Assembly: GCA_963741215.1 (NCBI GenBank)
Contig: CAVUHQ010000011.1
Span: 49,935-113,934 of the forward strand
DNA from: an uncultured beta proteobacterium
Lineage (GTDB): Bacteria > Pseudomonadota > Gammaproteobacteria > Burkholderiales > SHXO01
Direction of reading: 5' to 3'
DNA length: 64,000 bases
Numbering within the stretch: the stretch's first letter is position 1; the number at the start of each line of letters is the position of its first letter. The notes beneath the pieces were generated by a model. It saw only the letters and a list, made by a program, of their open reading frames with translations, searched no databases and had not been told where the DNA came from. Positions 23,279 to 34,329 of the stretch are shown here, in pieces. The position numbers were made by a program, and so were the translations under genes.

Positions 23279-23980
23279 CTACCAGGTCTCGCCGAACGGG
23301 CGCAGCTCGACGTTGAACGACCAGGCGCAGCGGTCCTGGTGTGCCACGTGCCAGATCTCATCGGCAATGGCGGCGGGCTGGATGAAGAAGTCGTTCGGCT
23401 TGTCCTTGTAGCGCTCGCGCGCCCAGGCCACGTCGATGACGGCATCGATCACCAGGTAGGCGACGTGGATGCCCTTGGGTCCCAGGTCTCGCGCGATGGC
23501 CTCGGCGAGAATGCGCTGCGCCGCCTTCGTCGGCGCGAAGCCGGCAAAGCCCGCACGGCCGCGTAGTGCAGAGGTGTTGCCCGTCACCATGATGGCGCCC
23601 TTGCCGGCGTCGATCATGGCTGGCGCGAAGCGCCGGGCCAGATACAGCAGGCCCATGGTGTTGACCTGAAAATTGCGGTTCAGTACCTGTGGATCGATGT
23701 CCAGGAATGAGCCGAACGCGCCGCCGACGGCGTTGTGGATCAGGACCGACGGCGCGCCCAGGTCGCGTTCGATTGCATCGGCGGCGGCTTCCACCTGACT
23801 CGGGTCCGACACGTCGCAAGGGTAAGGACGGGAGCCGGGCAGCGCCTGCGACAGGTCGCCCAGCCGCTTTGCGTTGCGCGCCAACAGCGCGACCCGGTAG
23901 CCGCCGTTGGCAAAGCGCCGGGCGAGCGCCGTGCCGGTGCCAGGTCCGACACCGGTGATTATGCAAATAGGCTGGGCCAT
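23279..23980 (-). CDS. Short-chain dehydrogenase/reductase
   Basis: ITGVGPGTG, HNAVGG and LGPKGIHVAY. Confidence 0.9.
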   Translation of the reverse strand: MAQPICIITGVGPGTGTALARRFANGGYRVALLARNAKRLGDLSQALPGSRPYPCDVSDPSQVEAAADAIERDLGAPSVLIHNAVGGAFGSFLDIDPQVLNRNFQVNTMGLLYLARRFAPAMIDAGKGAIMVTGNTSALRGRAGFAGFAPTKAAQRILAEAIARDLGPKGIHVAYLVIDAVIDVAWARERYKDKPNDFFIQPAAIADEIWHVAHQDRCAWSFNVELRPFGETW

Positions 23981-23990
23981 CGACTCCTCC

Positions 23991-24590
23991 TCAGGTTGCC
24001 GCATTCGCGGCTTCGATCACAAAGTCAAGCCGGTCGTTGCCGAAGAACATCTGATCGTGGACGAAGAAGGTGGGCGAGCCGAACACGCCGCGCTCGGCTG
24101 CCTCGGAGGTCTGCCGGTCAAGCCGCGCGACGTACTCCCCGCCGAGGGCCTGTCGGAGTAGCGAGGAGCCGTCGAAGCCGGCTTGGCCGAGAAGGCCCGC
24201 AAACACGGTTGAGTCGGCAAGGTTCTGCTCTCCCGCCCAGACGGCGCGGTACACGGTATCGACATAGTCGGCGCCGCGCCCCTGGTCGATCGCCACAAGA
24301 GCACCGCGACCCAAGGCGGCATAGTCGAAGCTGCGCAGGTTCGGATTGCGCTGGAACGGCACCTTGTAGCGCGCGGCCCAGCGGCCGATGTCCGCGCTCG
24401 CGTACTTGCCCTTGTTCCTGCACTCGATCGTGGTCGGCCGGTTGCCCACGATCTTCATCAGCTCGAGAAGACGAAACGGCCGGTAAACGATCTGCGCGCC
24501 AGTGGCTGCGGTGACGGCCGGCAGCCGTGTGGCCGCGAGATAGCTGTAGGGACTCGCAAAGTCGAAATAGAGCTCTATTTGATTCGCCAT
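23991..24590 (-). CDS. 2-hydroxychromene-2-carboxylate isomerase / kappa-GST (DsbA-like) family protein
   Basis: YFDFASPYSYLA and GVFGSPTFFV..FFGNDRL. Confidence 0.9.
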   Translation of the reverse strand: MANQIELYFDFASPYSYLAATRLPAVTAATGAQIVYRPFRLLELMKIVGNRPTTIECRNKGKYASADIGRWAARYKVPFQRNPNLRSFDYAALGRGALVAIDQGRGADYVDTVYRAVWAGEQNLADSTVFAGLLGQAGFDGSSLLRQALGGEYVARLDRQTSEAAERGVFGSPTFFVHDQMFFGNDRLDFVIEAANAAT

Positions 24591-24683
24591 GCTCCCTCTA
24601 CGCCAGGTGGATAAGTGTTGGAAACGCCGCGCAGGCTCTAAATTTCCGTGATGACCGGTGCCTCGCAGGCAGTGGCTCGGATG

Positions 24684-25664
24684 TCAGTCAGCGGCGAGGA
24701 AGCGGGCGGCCGCTTCGGCAAACTCCTCTGGAAACTGAAAATGTGCGCCATGCCCCGAATCCGGGAACAGAATGAGGCGGGCGTCGGGAAGGTTCTGCTG
24801 AAGGATGAACGAATTCACCGTAGGGACCATGATATCGTCATGTCCGTTCACCACCAGAGTCCGGTGCGGGATGTTCTTCAGATAGGCGTAGCGCTCGCCG
24901 GTCACTTGCCCCCATGCCTTCAGCGCGGCCAGTTGGGCAGCGGCAACCTGCGGCGATGCGGGAGGTTCCCGATCCACCTGACGTGCGGTGATGCGAGCAA
25001 GCCACGCCTTGCCCGCGGCCTGGCTCGTGGCGGTGGGTGAGAAGAACAGCGCCAGCCCCCGTTCGGCCGGCGTGCTGTTCGGCCGACTCATGATCTCCTG
25101 GACCTGGGGTGAGAACGCCGCCATGCCTTCGCCACCCGACGGACCGGTGCCTACGAGAATGAGTCGCCTGACTACGTCGGGGGCATCCAGGGCGATCTGC
25201 TGAGCGACCATTCCTCCGATCGAGAACCCGAAGATATCCACTTGCTTGGCACCTAGAGCACGGATGAAGACGATGATGTCGCGCCCCATGCCCTGCATCG
25301 AGTCCGGTGTCTCTCCACTCGAGCGGCCCACGCCCCTATAGTCCACGAGCACCACGGGACGGTCTTGGGCGAGCCGGTTGGTGTGGATGGGATCCCAGTT
25401 GTCCATTCTGCCTGTGAAGTGCTGAAGGCAGACCACTGGCGTCGCACCCTCTTTCCCGAATCGACGATAGGCGAGTCGGGCATCGCCGACCTCTCGAAAT
25501 TGGGTTGGCGCGGAGTCATGCAGATTGGCTTGCGACATGGTCTCTGATTGGGCGAGGGCTTCGCGATCGGCGAGCAGAACGACTGCGGCGCCCAACAGGA
25601 CTGCGGTGCCGCTGTTGCGGAGAAACAGACGCCGGCTGGGAACAACGAGGCTGGCTTGGCTCAT
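24684..25664 (-). CDS. Alpha/beta hydrolase with Tat-like signal
   Basis: SRRLFL signal; LQHFTGRMDNWDP, GFSIGG and DSGHGAHFQ. Confidence 0.88.
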   Translation of the reverse strand: MSQASLVVPSRRLFLRNSGTAVLLGAAVVLLADREALAQSETMSQANLHDSAPTQFREVGDARLAYRRFGKEGATPVVCLQHFTGRMDNWDPIHTNRLAQDRPVVLVDYRGVGRSSGETPDSMQGMGRDIIVFIRALGAKQVDIFGFSIGGMVAQQIALDAPDVVRRLILVGTGPSGGEGMAAFSPQVQEIMSRPNSTPAERGLALFFSPTATSQAAGKAWLARITARQVDREPPASPQVAAAQLAALKAWGQVTGERYAYLKNIPHRTLVVNGHDDIMVPTVNSFILQQNLPDARLILFPDSGHGAHFQFPEEFAEAAARFLAAD

Positions 25665-25752
25665 GATTTCCCTCCAAGGGAGTTGCGCTTCAACGGGATT
25701 GAATTAATTGCGCCATGGTTTGGTTTCGTTGAGTCGAACGGTTGCAACGGCA

Positions 25753-26739
25753 CTACGCGTTGACGTCGACGACGGTGCGGCCCCGGACTTTCCCTTCGAA
25801 CATGCGGCCTACCACAGCGGGCACCTCTGCGAGGCGGACCACCTGTGTCGTGCGGGCGAGCTTGCCCAGGTCCAGATCACGCGCCAGACGCGACCAGGCC
25901 TCGATACGGGCCTCCTGCGGGGCATTCACCGAGTCGATACCGGCGAGGGTGACGTTGCGCAGGATGAAGGGCAGGACCGACCCAGGAAGATCCAGGCCCT
26001 GAGCCAGGCCGCAGGCCGTGACGACGCCGCGATACTGCGTCTGCGCCAGCACGTTCGCCAGCGTATGACTGCCAACGGAGTCCACCGCGCCAGCCCATCT
26101 TTCGCTCGCGATCGGCGCTCCCGGCTCCGAAAGCGTCCGGCGGTCGATGATCTCCGCCGCACCGAGGCTGCGCAGATAATCGCCTTCCTCGAGACGTCCG
26201 GTCGAGGCGACGACGCGATAGCCGAGATCCGACAGGATCGCGACCGCGATGGAGCCGACGCCACCATTGGCGCCGGTGACGAGGATGTCACCACGCTGCG
26301 GTGTGAGGCCGCCATGTTCCAGCGCCAGCACCGACAGCATCGCCGTGTAACCCGCCGTGCCGATGGCCATCGCGTCCTTCGTCGAAAAGGGCGCCGGGAT
26401 CTTGACCAGCCACTCGCCTTTCACCCGTGCCTTCTGCGCATATCCGCCATGATGGGTCTGGCTCAGCCCCCAGCTGTTGGCGACAACGCGGTCCCCGACG
26501 GCGATGCTGGGATACGAGGACGCCACAACCGTGCCGGCCAGATCGATGCCCGGGATCAAGGGGAATTGACGAATCACGTCCACGCGCCCGGTAATGGCCA
26601 TCGCATCCTTGTAGTTCACAGTCGAGTAGTCGACCGCGATGGTGACGTCTCCGGGCATGAGATCTTGCTCATTCATTTCGACCACGCGGGTCGAAATCGC
26701 TTCACCTGGCTTTGTTGCAAGCAGTGCCTTGAATGTCAT
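25753..26739 (-). CDS. acuI: AcuI/YhdH-family MDR oxidoreductase (acryloyl-CoA reductase-like)
   Basis: YSTVNYKDA, PGIDLAG, AIGTAGYTAML, ACGLAQG and PFILRNVTLAGIDSV. Confidence 0.85.
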   Translation of the reverse strand: MTFKALLATKPGEAISTRVVEMNEQDLMPGDVTIAVDYSTVNYKDAMAITGRVDVIRQFPLIPGIDLAGTVVASSYPSIAVGDRVVANSWGLSQTHHGGYAQKARVKGEWLVKIPAPFSTKDAMAIGTAGYTAMLSVLALEHGGLTPQRGDILVTGANGGVGSIAVAILSDLGYRVVASTGRLEEGDYLRSLGAAEIIDRRTLSEPGAPIASERWAGAVDSVGSHTLANVLAQTQYRGVVTACGLAQGLDLPGSVLPFILRNVTLAGIDSVNAPQEARIEAWSRLARDLDLGKLARTTQVVRLAEVPAVVGRMFEGKVRGRTVVDVNA

Positions 26740-26757
26740 TGGATTCTCCTGGATCGA

Positions 26758-27612
26758 CTACTTGGCTAAGACCGGGGTGCGAGGCAGCGACGCCCTCGGC
26801 GCGTCGAGCCGCAGGTCCTTTCGAATCCCGGCGTCCACCAGGCCAGCGGGCGCAAATCTGCGAAGCAATCGCAGGCGGTTCGCGAGCCCACCGGCCGTGT
26901 ATCGGAGCTTCGGGCGAGCCGCGCTGGCCGCTTTCAGCACGACGTCGGCCACGACGCCCGGCTCGTCGGCCGTTGCCATCACCTCCTTCACCATCTTGTC
27001 CAAGGCCGCACGAACCTCGCGATACTCATCGAGCTTCGAGTCGGGTTCCAGCAAGTTCGCGTCGAACTGCGTCTTCGTGTACGCGGGCTCGATGACCGAG
27101 ACCCGGATGCCCCTCGTGCGCAGCTCATGGTCGAGCGATTCCGAATAGCCTTCGATCGCGTGCTTGGTCGCGGCATAGAGCGCCCCGTACGGCATCGGCA
27201 GGAAACCCAGCACGGAGCCGATGTTGATGATGCGACCACCCCCTTGCTGTCGCATGTGGGGCACGACGGCGCGCGTCATCCGGACGATCCCGAAGAAGTT
27301 CGTATCGAAGATCGAGCGGGCCTGTTCGATCGAGCTCTCTTCCGCTCCGGCGGGGGCGACACCGAAGCCGGCGTTGTTCACGAGCAGGTCGATGCGGCCG
27401 TCCAACCGCATCACTTCGCTGACGGCGGCTTCGACTGATTCATCGCTGGTCACGTCGAGGGGCAGCATCTCGAACGATCGCTGGCCCGCTTGGGCTCCCC
27501 GTCTGCTGGTGCCGTAGACCTTGTAGCCAGCCGTCGCGAGCCGCTCCGCCGTGGCTTCGCCGATGCCTGACGAGGCGCCCGTAACGAGCGCGATGGATTT
27601 CTTGATCTTCAT
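26758..27612 (-). CDS. SDR oxidoreductase
   Basis: VTGASSGIG, NNAG and YAATK. Confidence 0.92.
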   Translation of the reverse strand: MKIKKSIALVTGASSGIGEATAERLATAGYKVYGTSRRGAQAGQRSFEMLPLDVTSDESVEAAVSEVMRLDGRIDLLVNNAGFGVAPAGAEESSIEQARSIFDTNFFGIVRMTRAVVPHMRQQGGGRIINIGSVLGFLPMPYGALYAATKHAIEGYSESLDHELRTRGIRVSVIEPAYTKTQFDANLLEPDSKLDEYREVRAALDKMVKEVMATADEPGVVADVVLKAASAARPKLRYTAGGLANRLRLLRRFAPAGLVDAGIRKDLRLDAPRASLPRTPVLAK

Positions 27613-27702
27613 GGGAGTGCCTTCTGGTTGGGTGGTTACGAATTCGGTTGCAACGACAACGAGCAGGGAACCGCCTGATGTGGGTGCTCATTCGTCGTTC
27701 TG

Positions 27703-27720
27703 ATATGATGATCATCATAT
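27703..27720. promoter_or_regulatory. TetR operator candidate, perfect 18-bp palindrome
   Basis: ATATGATGATCATCATAT upstream of the SDR gene. Identical copy at 28344. Confidence 0.8.
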
Positions 27721-27761
27721 TTAAGCTCGAATAAAAGCTGGTCGGATGCGTGCAGGTGCAC

Positions 27762-28345
27762 TCAGGTGCCAGCGGGGACGAGGTGTTTCAGCGCCGCCTT
27801 GCGCAGCGCGTCGGAAAGCTTGGGGTCGTCGACAGCGCGCGCCAGCAGCAAAGTGCCGACCATCGTGGCGACGGTAACGAGCGCACGCTCGTGCGCGCCC
27901 GATTGCCCCCAGTCGGGCGACTGGCGGGCAACGAGATCGATCATCTCCTTGATGCGGCGCGTGGCGGCGCGTCGCACCTCAGGCGCTTGGCGCGGCATCT
28001 CCGAGCCCAGGGCGGCAATCGGACAGCCCGTCTCCGCGCCTTCGACGTGCGCCTTCGAGAGGTAGGCGCGCAGCAGCGACTGCAACGCCTGCTCCGGCGG
28101 CGCCGCGGCGGCAATGCGCGGTCGACGCGGCGACGGTCTCGGCGCCGGCGCGGTCCGCCGCCTCGGCAAGCATCGCCTCGCGCGAAGGGAAGTGGGCGTA
28201 GAAGCCGCCGTGCGTCAGGCCGGCCTCCTTCATGATGTCGGCGACGCCGGTGCCGTTATAGCCACTGCGCCGGATGGCGCGCGCGGCCACTTCGACGATG
28301 CGTTCGTGGGTGGCTTCCTTGCGATCTGCTGGCGGCTCTTTTCAT
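27762..28345 (-). CDS. TetR/AcrR family regulator, frameshifted
   Basis: GYNGTGVADIMKEAGLTHGGFYAHF HTH and GCPIAALGSE C-domain. Confidence 0.9.
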
Positions 28346-28361
28346 ATGATGATCATCATAT
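28344..28361. promoter_or_regulatory. TetR operator candidate overlapping the tetR start codon
   Basis: ATATGATGATCATCATAT, identical to 27703-27720. Confidence 0.8.
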
Positions 28362-28482
28362 ATCATGATCGGGCGAAGTGTCAAGCCGGCATTTCCCGCC
28401 AACTGTGGGAAACCTTGGGTTGCTATCTCAGGCGGTACGTTTTGCAGGAACGCCAACGTCCGCTGTTGGGCAGATCACTAAC

Positions 28483-28645
28483 ATGCCACTGGTCAAACAC
28501 CTGAATTCCAAGCACTGGTACATGGCGTTCATGGTCGATGGGAAGCGCTATTTCCGCAGCACTAAGACCGCGAACAAAGCGCTGGCAAGGAAGCTCGAAG
28601 ATGCCGAGCGCAACAAGATCGTGGAGAAGAACCGCCTAGGTCTGG
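28483..28645 (+). pseudogene. Truncated phage-type integrase N-terminus (arm-binding domain)
   Basis: MPLVK..SKHWYMAFMVDGKRYFRSTKTANKALARKLE resembles tyrosine-integrase N-termini. No catalytic domain follows. Confidence 0.6.
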
Positions 28646-28800
28646 TGTCGGTCCCAAACCAGACGTACACGATTTCAGAAAACGGACATTCAGTTGAGCG
28701 CATGGAATCGCCTCGGGAGCGAGCCGAACGACCAACGATGATGAACCGCACCCTGCGGACAGGCAGGGTCGTTCGCGGGGCGGCCGTTGGCGCTTCTTGG

Positions 28801-29172
28801 CTAAAGTCGAAACCAAGGCATCGTGAGATAAACGCACGCGATCATCGCGAGCTAACGGAATCACCCACAAGCCAACCCTGACCAGAATCCGTGCGCGTCC
28901 ACCGCTCGGGAAAACACGGCGCCAAGCAGGCCGAACACGAGCGCTCCGAGCGCGGCCGATGGCGGTCCAGCCGTACCAGTACATCGCGGGTGCAAGGAAC
29001 CCCATCGCGGGGTCGACGACATCCCGCGAGTGGTGCGTGCCTAAGAGGACGACGCCTGCGAGGGATAGACGGTGAACAGCGCGAGATCCAGCTTGAGCGC
29101 GACCACGTAGAGGACAGCGAAAGCAGTCCCGTAAGCGAATGCAAACCTGCGGAATGCATGCGAAGACGTCAT
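28801..29172 (-). CDS. Small membrane protein, frameshifted
   Basis: MTSSHAFRRFAFAYG..PAMYWYGW..MPWFRL with hydrophobic segments. Start overlaps the upstream stop (ATGA). Confidence 0.6.
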
Positions 29173-29646
29173 GAGCCGAATCCCATGATGTTGTTCACCA
29201 CGTGGCCCGTGAGAAAGCCCCACCACACGATGAAAGCCAGGATCCCGGTCAAGGCGGCGCGCATTCGGTAGGGTTCTTCGGTGCGCGGTCGTCGCCAGCA
29301 CACCCAGTACGCCGGCAGCAGCGCGGCGCCGATGGAAATGAAGTGCTCCTTGATGTCGAAGAAGCCGAGGGCCTGCCAGTGACCAGCCCGCTCCAGCGAC
29401 GGTCTGATGTCGACGCGAAAGTACAAATACACGATCCCGCCCAGCAACGCGGCGATCACATACAGAATGACTACGGCGTTGGCGAACGAGGCGGGCGGCA
29501 CGCGCCGGAAGCGACCGAAGAACGAGCCGGACCGCCCCCGGCGCCCACGTGGCCAATGTTTGGTGGGTGAGCGCGCCCAGCAGAGCGACCGCGACCAACC
29601 CGTGAACGATCAGGAGAATGGTCGCCACCATCACTCTCCGTCCATG
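29169..29646 (-). CDS. Membrane protein, frameshifted
   Basis: LLIVHGLVAVALLGALTHQ..FFDIKEHF..GHVVNNIMGFGS, four TM segments with His residues. Confidence 0.65.
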
Positions 29647-29659
29647 CCGTCCGCGCTTC

Positions 29660-30965
29660 TCACTTGAACAGCTCCACAGTCGCGAACGGCTCGGCCGACC
29701 CCGGCCGGAAGCGATTGAGGGTGAACTTGGTCTTCTGGCCCGGTTTCACGTCCACCAGCACGTAGTTGTACTCCTCCTGGGGCGGCTGCCCCTTCCAGTA
29801 GAGGTCCGGCGGATAGTCTGCCGGGAGCTTGATGCTCGTGCGCCCGGGGAGAATCGGATCTTGCTCCGCGCCACCACCGCCCAGCATCAGGTACTTCACG
29901 CCGTCCACGTCGAACATCTCGGTGGTATGGACGTGCCCGTTGAACACGACCACCTCCATGTCCTTGGCGTAGGCTGCAATCACCTTGTGCGGATTGTCTC
30001 GGCGGGGATAGGGCCCAAGCCCGAGCGGGCGAACACCGGGTAATGGAAGGTGATGAAGGCCTTCTTGATGCCCTTGGCCTTGGCCTCGTCCATCCACTGC
30101 TGCATCTGCTTCATCTGCTCCGCATACTTCGGCCGATCGGCGTCCCACAGCGAGGGCGAGCGGTAGTCGTACTTGCCGCTCCACAGATAGATGAAGCGAA
30201 CGCCTTTGAAGTCGAATTTGTAGATGAGATTGTCCGGCGTGACGCCGAGCTTCTTCAGATACGGGCACGGCGTTCAGCACGCCCTCGATCTTGGGATCGC
30301 CCCACACCTCGTGATTGCCCACGCTCAGGAGACCAGCGGCCGTCCAGCCCCGCCGCCCGCATCTCGGCGTCCGCTGGCGGCAGTTGCTTCAGCATGGTGT
30401 CGTTCACGCGCTTCCAGTACGGGCTGTCGTCGATCGTGTGGCCCTGATTCCCCCACCAGACGACGTCGCCGCTGTTGACGACGAATCGGGCGCGCCCGGA
30501 CTGCACGTCCTTCACGATCTCGCGCGCCACCCAGTCGCCGCCGTTCAACCGGAACATCGTCCGGTGCACGCCGGGCAGCAGTTTCACGTCCTCGACCGAG
30601 GCCTCGGTGACCCAGCCCTTGTCCACCGTCAGCGTCATGACTTCGGTCTTAGTCATGAACGGCATGATGACCCGGATCAGCTCCTTGGTGGCCGGATCGA
30701 AGATCATCTTCACATCCTTCGCCACCACCTCTTCCGCGACCTTCTCCGGCAGGACCAGGCCGAACATCTCGACGAATAGCTTGGTCAGTTCCGGTTTGCC
30801 GTCCTTCTGCGGCAGATACATCATCGGCCGCGAGTCGCCGTAGGCGACGAAGGAAAATCCGGCGTGCCTTTGCCGGCTCTCTTGTCGGCGGCGGCGTCTG
30901 CGCACCGGCACCGGCAGTACGGCGATGGTTGCAGCGAGTACGGCGACTGACATCGCATTGTCATG
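29660..30965 (-). CDS. Calcineurin-like metallophosphoesterase, frameshifted
   Basis: YGDSR, NSGDVV, GNHE and FNGHVH motifs. Start approximate. Confidence 0.85.
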
Positions 30966-31080
30966 ATGATGCTCCTTCTTGTCCGAATGACTACGAATGT
31001 GATGAGTCGCCAGTACGTCGTGGTCCTCCTCATAACGGAGCTGGCATTCGGTCGATCGCCCCGTCGCCCCTGTGCGAGAT

Positions 31081-31107
31081 AAAAGCGGGCGTCCTTGAGC
31101 CGCCCGC
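31081..31107 (-). terminator. Rho-independent terminator candidate after the sulfatase
   Basis: GCGGGCG..CGCCCGC stem followed by TTTT on the minus strand. Confidence 0.55.
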
Positions 31108-31122
31108 CTGGTGGCAGTTCGA

Positions 31123-32823
<1,701 letters not shown>

Positions 32824-33248
32824 TTGACGGTCTCCTTCCATTGAACGGACAAGCCATGTAGGCCGCCCACTGCGGGGCAACCCATGACAACCCCTCGAGC
32901 GACCGCGGCTGCTGTCGCAACGCTGAGACTTCGCTCCCCTCGCTATCTATGGGCCACCGGCTTGTAACCCGGCCCTTTCGTCTTTATGGCAGTCGCGACT
33001 GCGCCGCGTCGGGGCGGTGACGAAGTGCTCTTGATACTCCAGTCCGCAGCGTAGGCCGCGAATGTGACAGCCGGGTTGCAGGGAAGCGCTGAAGATAACA
33101 GCGTGTCTTCGCGTGCTTGTCCCGCGATAGTCGAGATGGTCGTGCACGCGTCGTACACCGTCGTGTACCGACGGGAACTATGAAACCAATGCTCACGCGA
33201 AGCTATCGCTGCTCGTTCAATAGAACCTTGAGCTAACATTCGGAGCCC

Positions 33249-33617
33249 TTATCCCTGCCGTCCGCAAAGTTTGCGCACGGCGTTCTTGAGCCGCCTGGCG
33301 CTGAACGGGCGCTCGATGAAATCCGCCGCTCCGGCGCGCATGATCTCGACAGCGACGGGCACGTCCACGTCCGCGCCTATGGCGATCACGGGCAGGGCGA
33401 TGCCGGCCCGCCCGAGCTCTGCGATCAGATCCACGATTCCCATGTCAGGCAGCACGACGGCGCTGACCAATACCGCCGGGGTGCGCAATGGGCGGGACCT
33501 GAGGAATGTCTCTGCGCTGCCGAATGGCAGCACGGTCTCCGCATCGGAGGCCAGCACCCTCGAGATGCGCTGCTGCTCGGTTGGATCCGGGTCGATGACG
33601 TAGACAGTGATCCCCAC
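33249..33617 (-). CDS. Single-domain response regulator-like protein (degenerate REC)
   Basis: VYVIDPD..LPDMG..LPVI..AGAADFIERPF. Canonical phosphoacceptor Asp and Lys appear replaced. Confidence 0.7.
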   Translation of the reverse strand: MGITVYVIDPDPTEQQRISRVLASDAETVLPFGSAETFLRSRPLRTPAVLVSAVVLPDMGIVDLIAELGRAGIALPVIAIGADVDVPVAVEIMRAGAADFIERPFSARRLKNAVRKLCGRQG

Positions 33618-33673
33618 GTTTGGCTCCCACGGTAGGATGACGCCAAACGATCACCAGCGCATATCCGGGCAAC

Positions 33674-33688
33674 TACGGAGTACCCGTA
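33674..33688. promoter_or_regulatory. Candidate response-regulator box TACGG-N5-CCGTA
   Basis: Inverted repeat in the spacer between the FixJ-like gene and the REC gene. Confidence 0.4.
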
Positions 33689-33723
33689 CGTACCCGAACC
33701 AAATACTGTGAGGGAATGTATCG

Positions 33724-34329
33724 CTATCCGCGCTGCTCTGGCAGCGCGCGGATCAGCTCCGCGATGGAGGCCACCCCCAACTTGTCGAAAATGCGGCTGC
33801 GATGCTGCTCGACAGTCCGGTGGCTGATGTTCAGCTCTTTGGCGATGAGCTTGTTCGATAGCCCCTTCACAACGAGATGAAGGACTTCGCGCTCGCGGTC
33901 GGTGAGAGCATCCAGGGCGGCGCTGACCTTTGCCTGCGCCCCCGCGCTTCCTCGGGTGGCCGCGTCCTTCGCCAGCGCCTCGTTGATGCTGTCCAGCAAT
34001 TGCTGCTCGCGATAAGGTTTCTGCACGAAGGTCACCGCACCGGCCTTCATCGTCTCGACCGCCGTAGCGACATCGCCATGGGCGCTGATGAAAACAATTG
34101 GAATCCGGGCGCGCCTCTCGCGGAGTATCGCCTGCAGGATAATTCCGCTCATGTGCGCCATCCGAACGTCGAGGACGAGACAGCCCGGCAATCTGTCGTC
34201 GAAGGCGTCTAGAAAGGCCTGCGCCGAGGCATAGGTCTTGGCTGCGAGGCCCACCGATCGCGCGAGCTCCTTGATCGAGTCGCGTACTGCCTCGTCGTCA
34301 TCCACGATGAACACCGTTGGCTCGGTCAT
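33724..34329 (-). CDS. FixJ/LuxR-family response regulator
   Basis: VFIVDDD..LDVRM..SAHGD..QKP and LTDREREVL..SNKLIAKELNISHRTVE. Confidence 0.93.
   Translation of the reverse strand: MTEPTVFIVDDDEAVRDSIKELARSVGLAAKTYASAQAFLDAFDDRLPGCLVLDVRMAHMSGIILQAILRERRARIPIVFISAHGDVATAVETMKAGAVTFVQKPYREQQLLDSINEALAKDAATRGSAGAQAKVSAALDALTDREREVLHLVVKGLSNKLIAKELNISHRTVEQHRSRIFDKLGVASIAELIRALPEQRG

Noticed and set aside
25754-25777. A further ECF promoter copy upstream of the Tat hydrolase
   Set aside because: CGTA is present on the minus strand, but the -35 position reads CACC rather than ATCC and lies within the acuI coding end.
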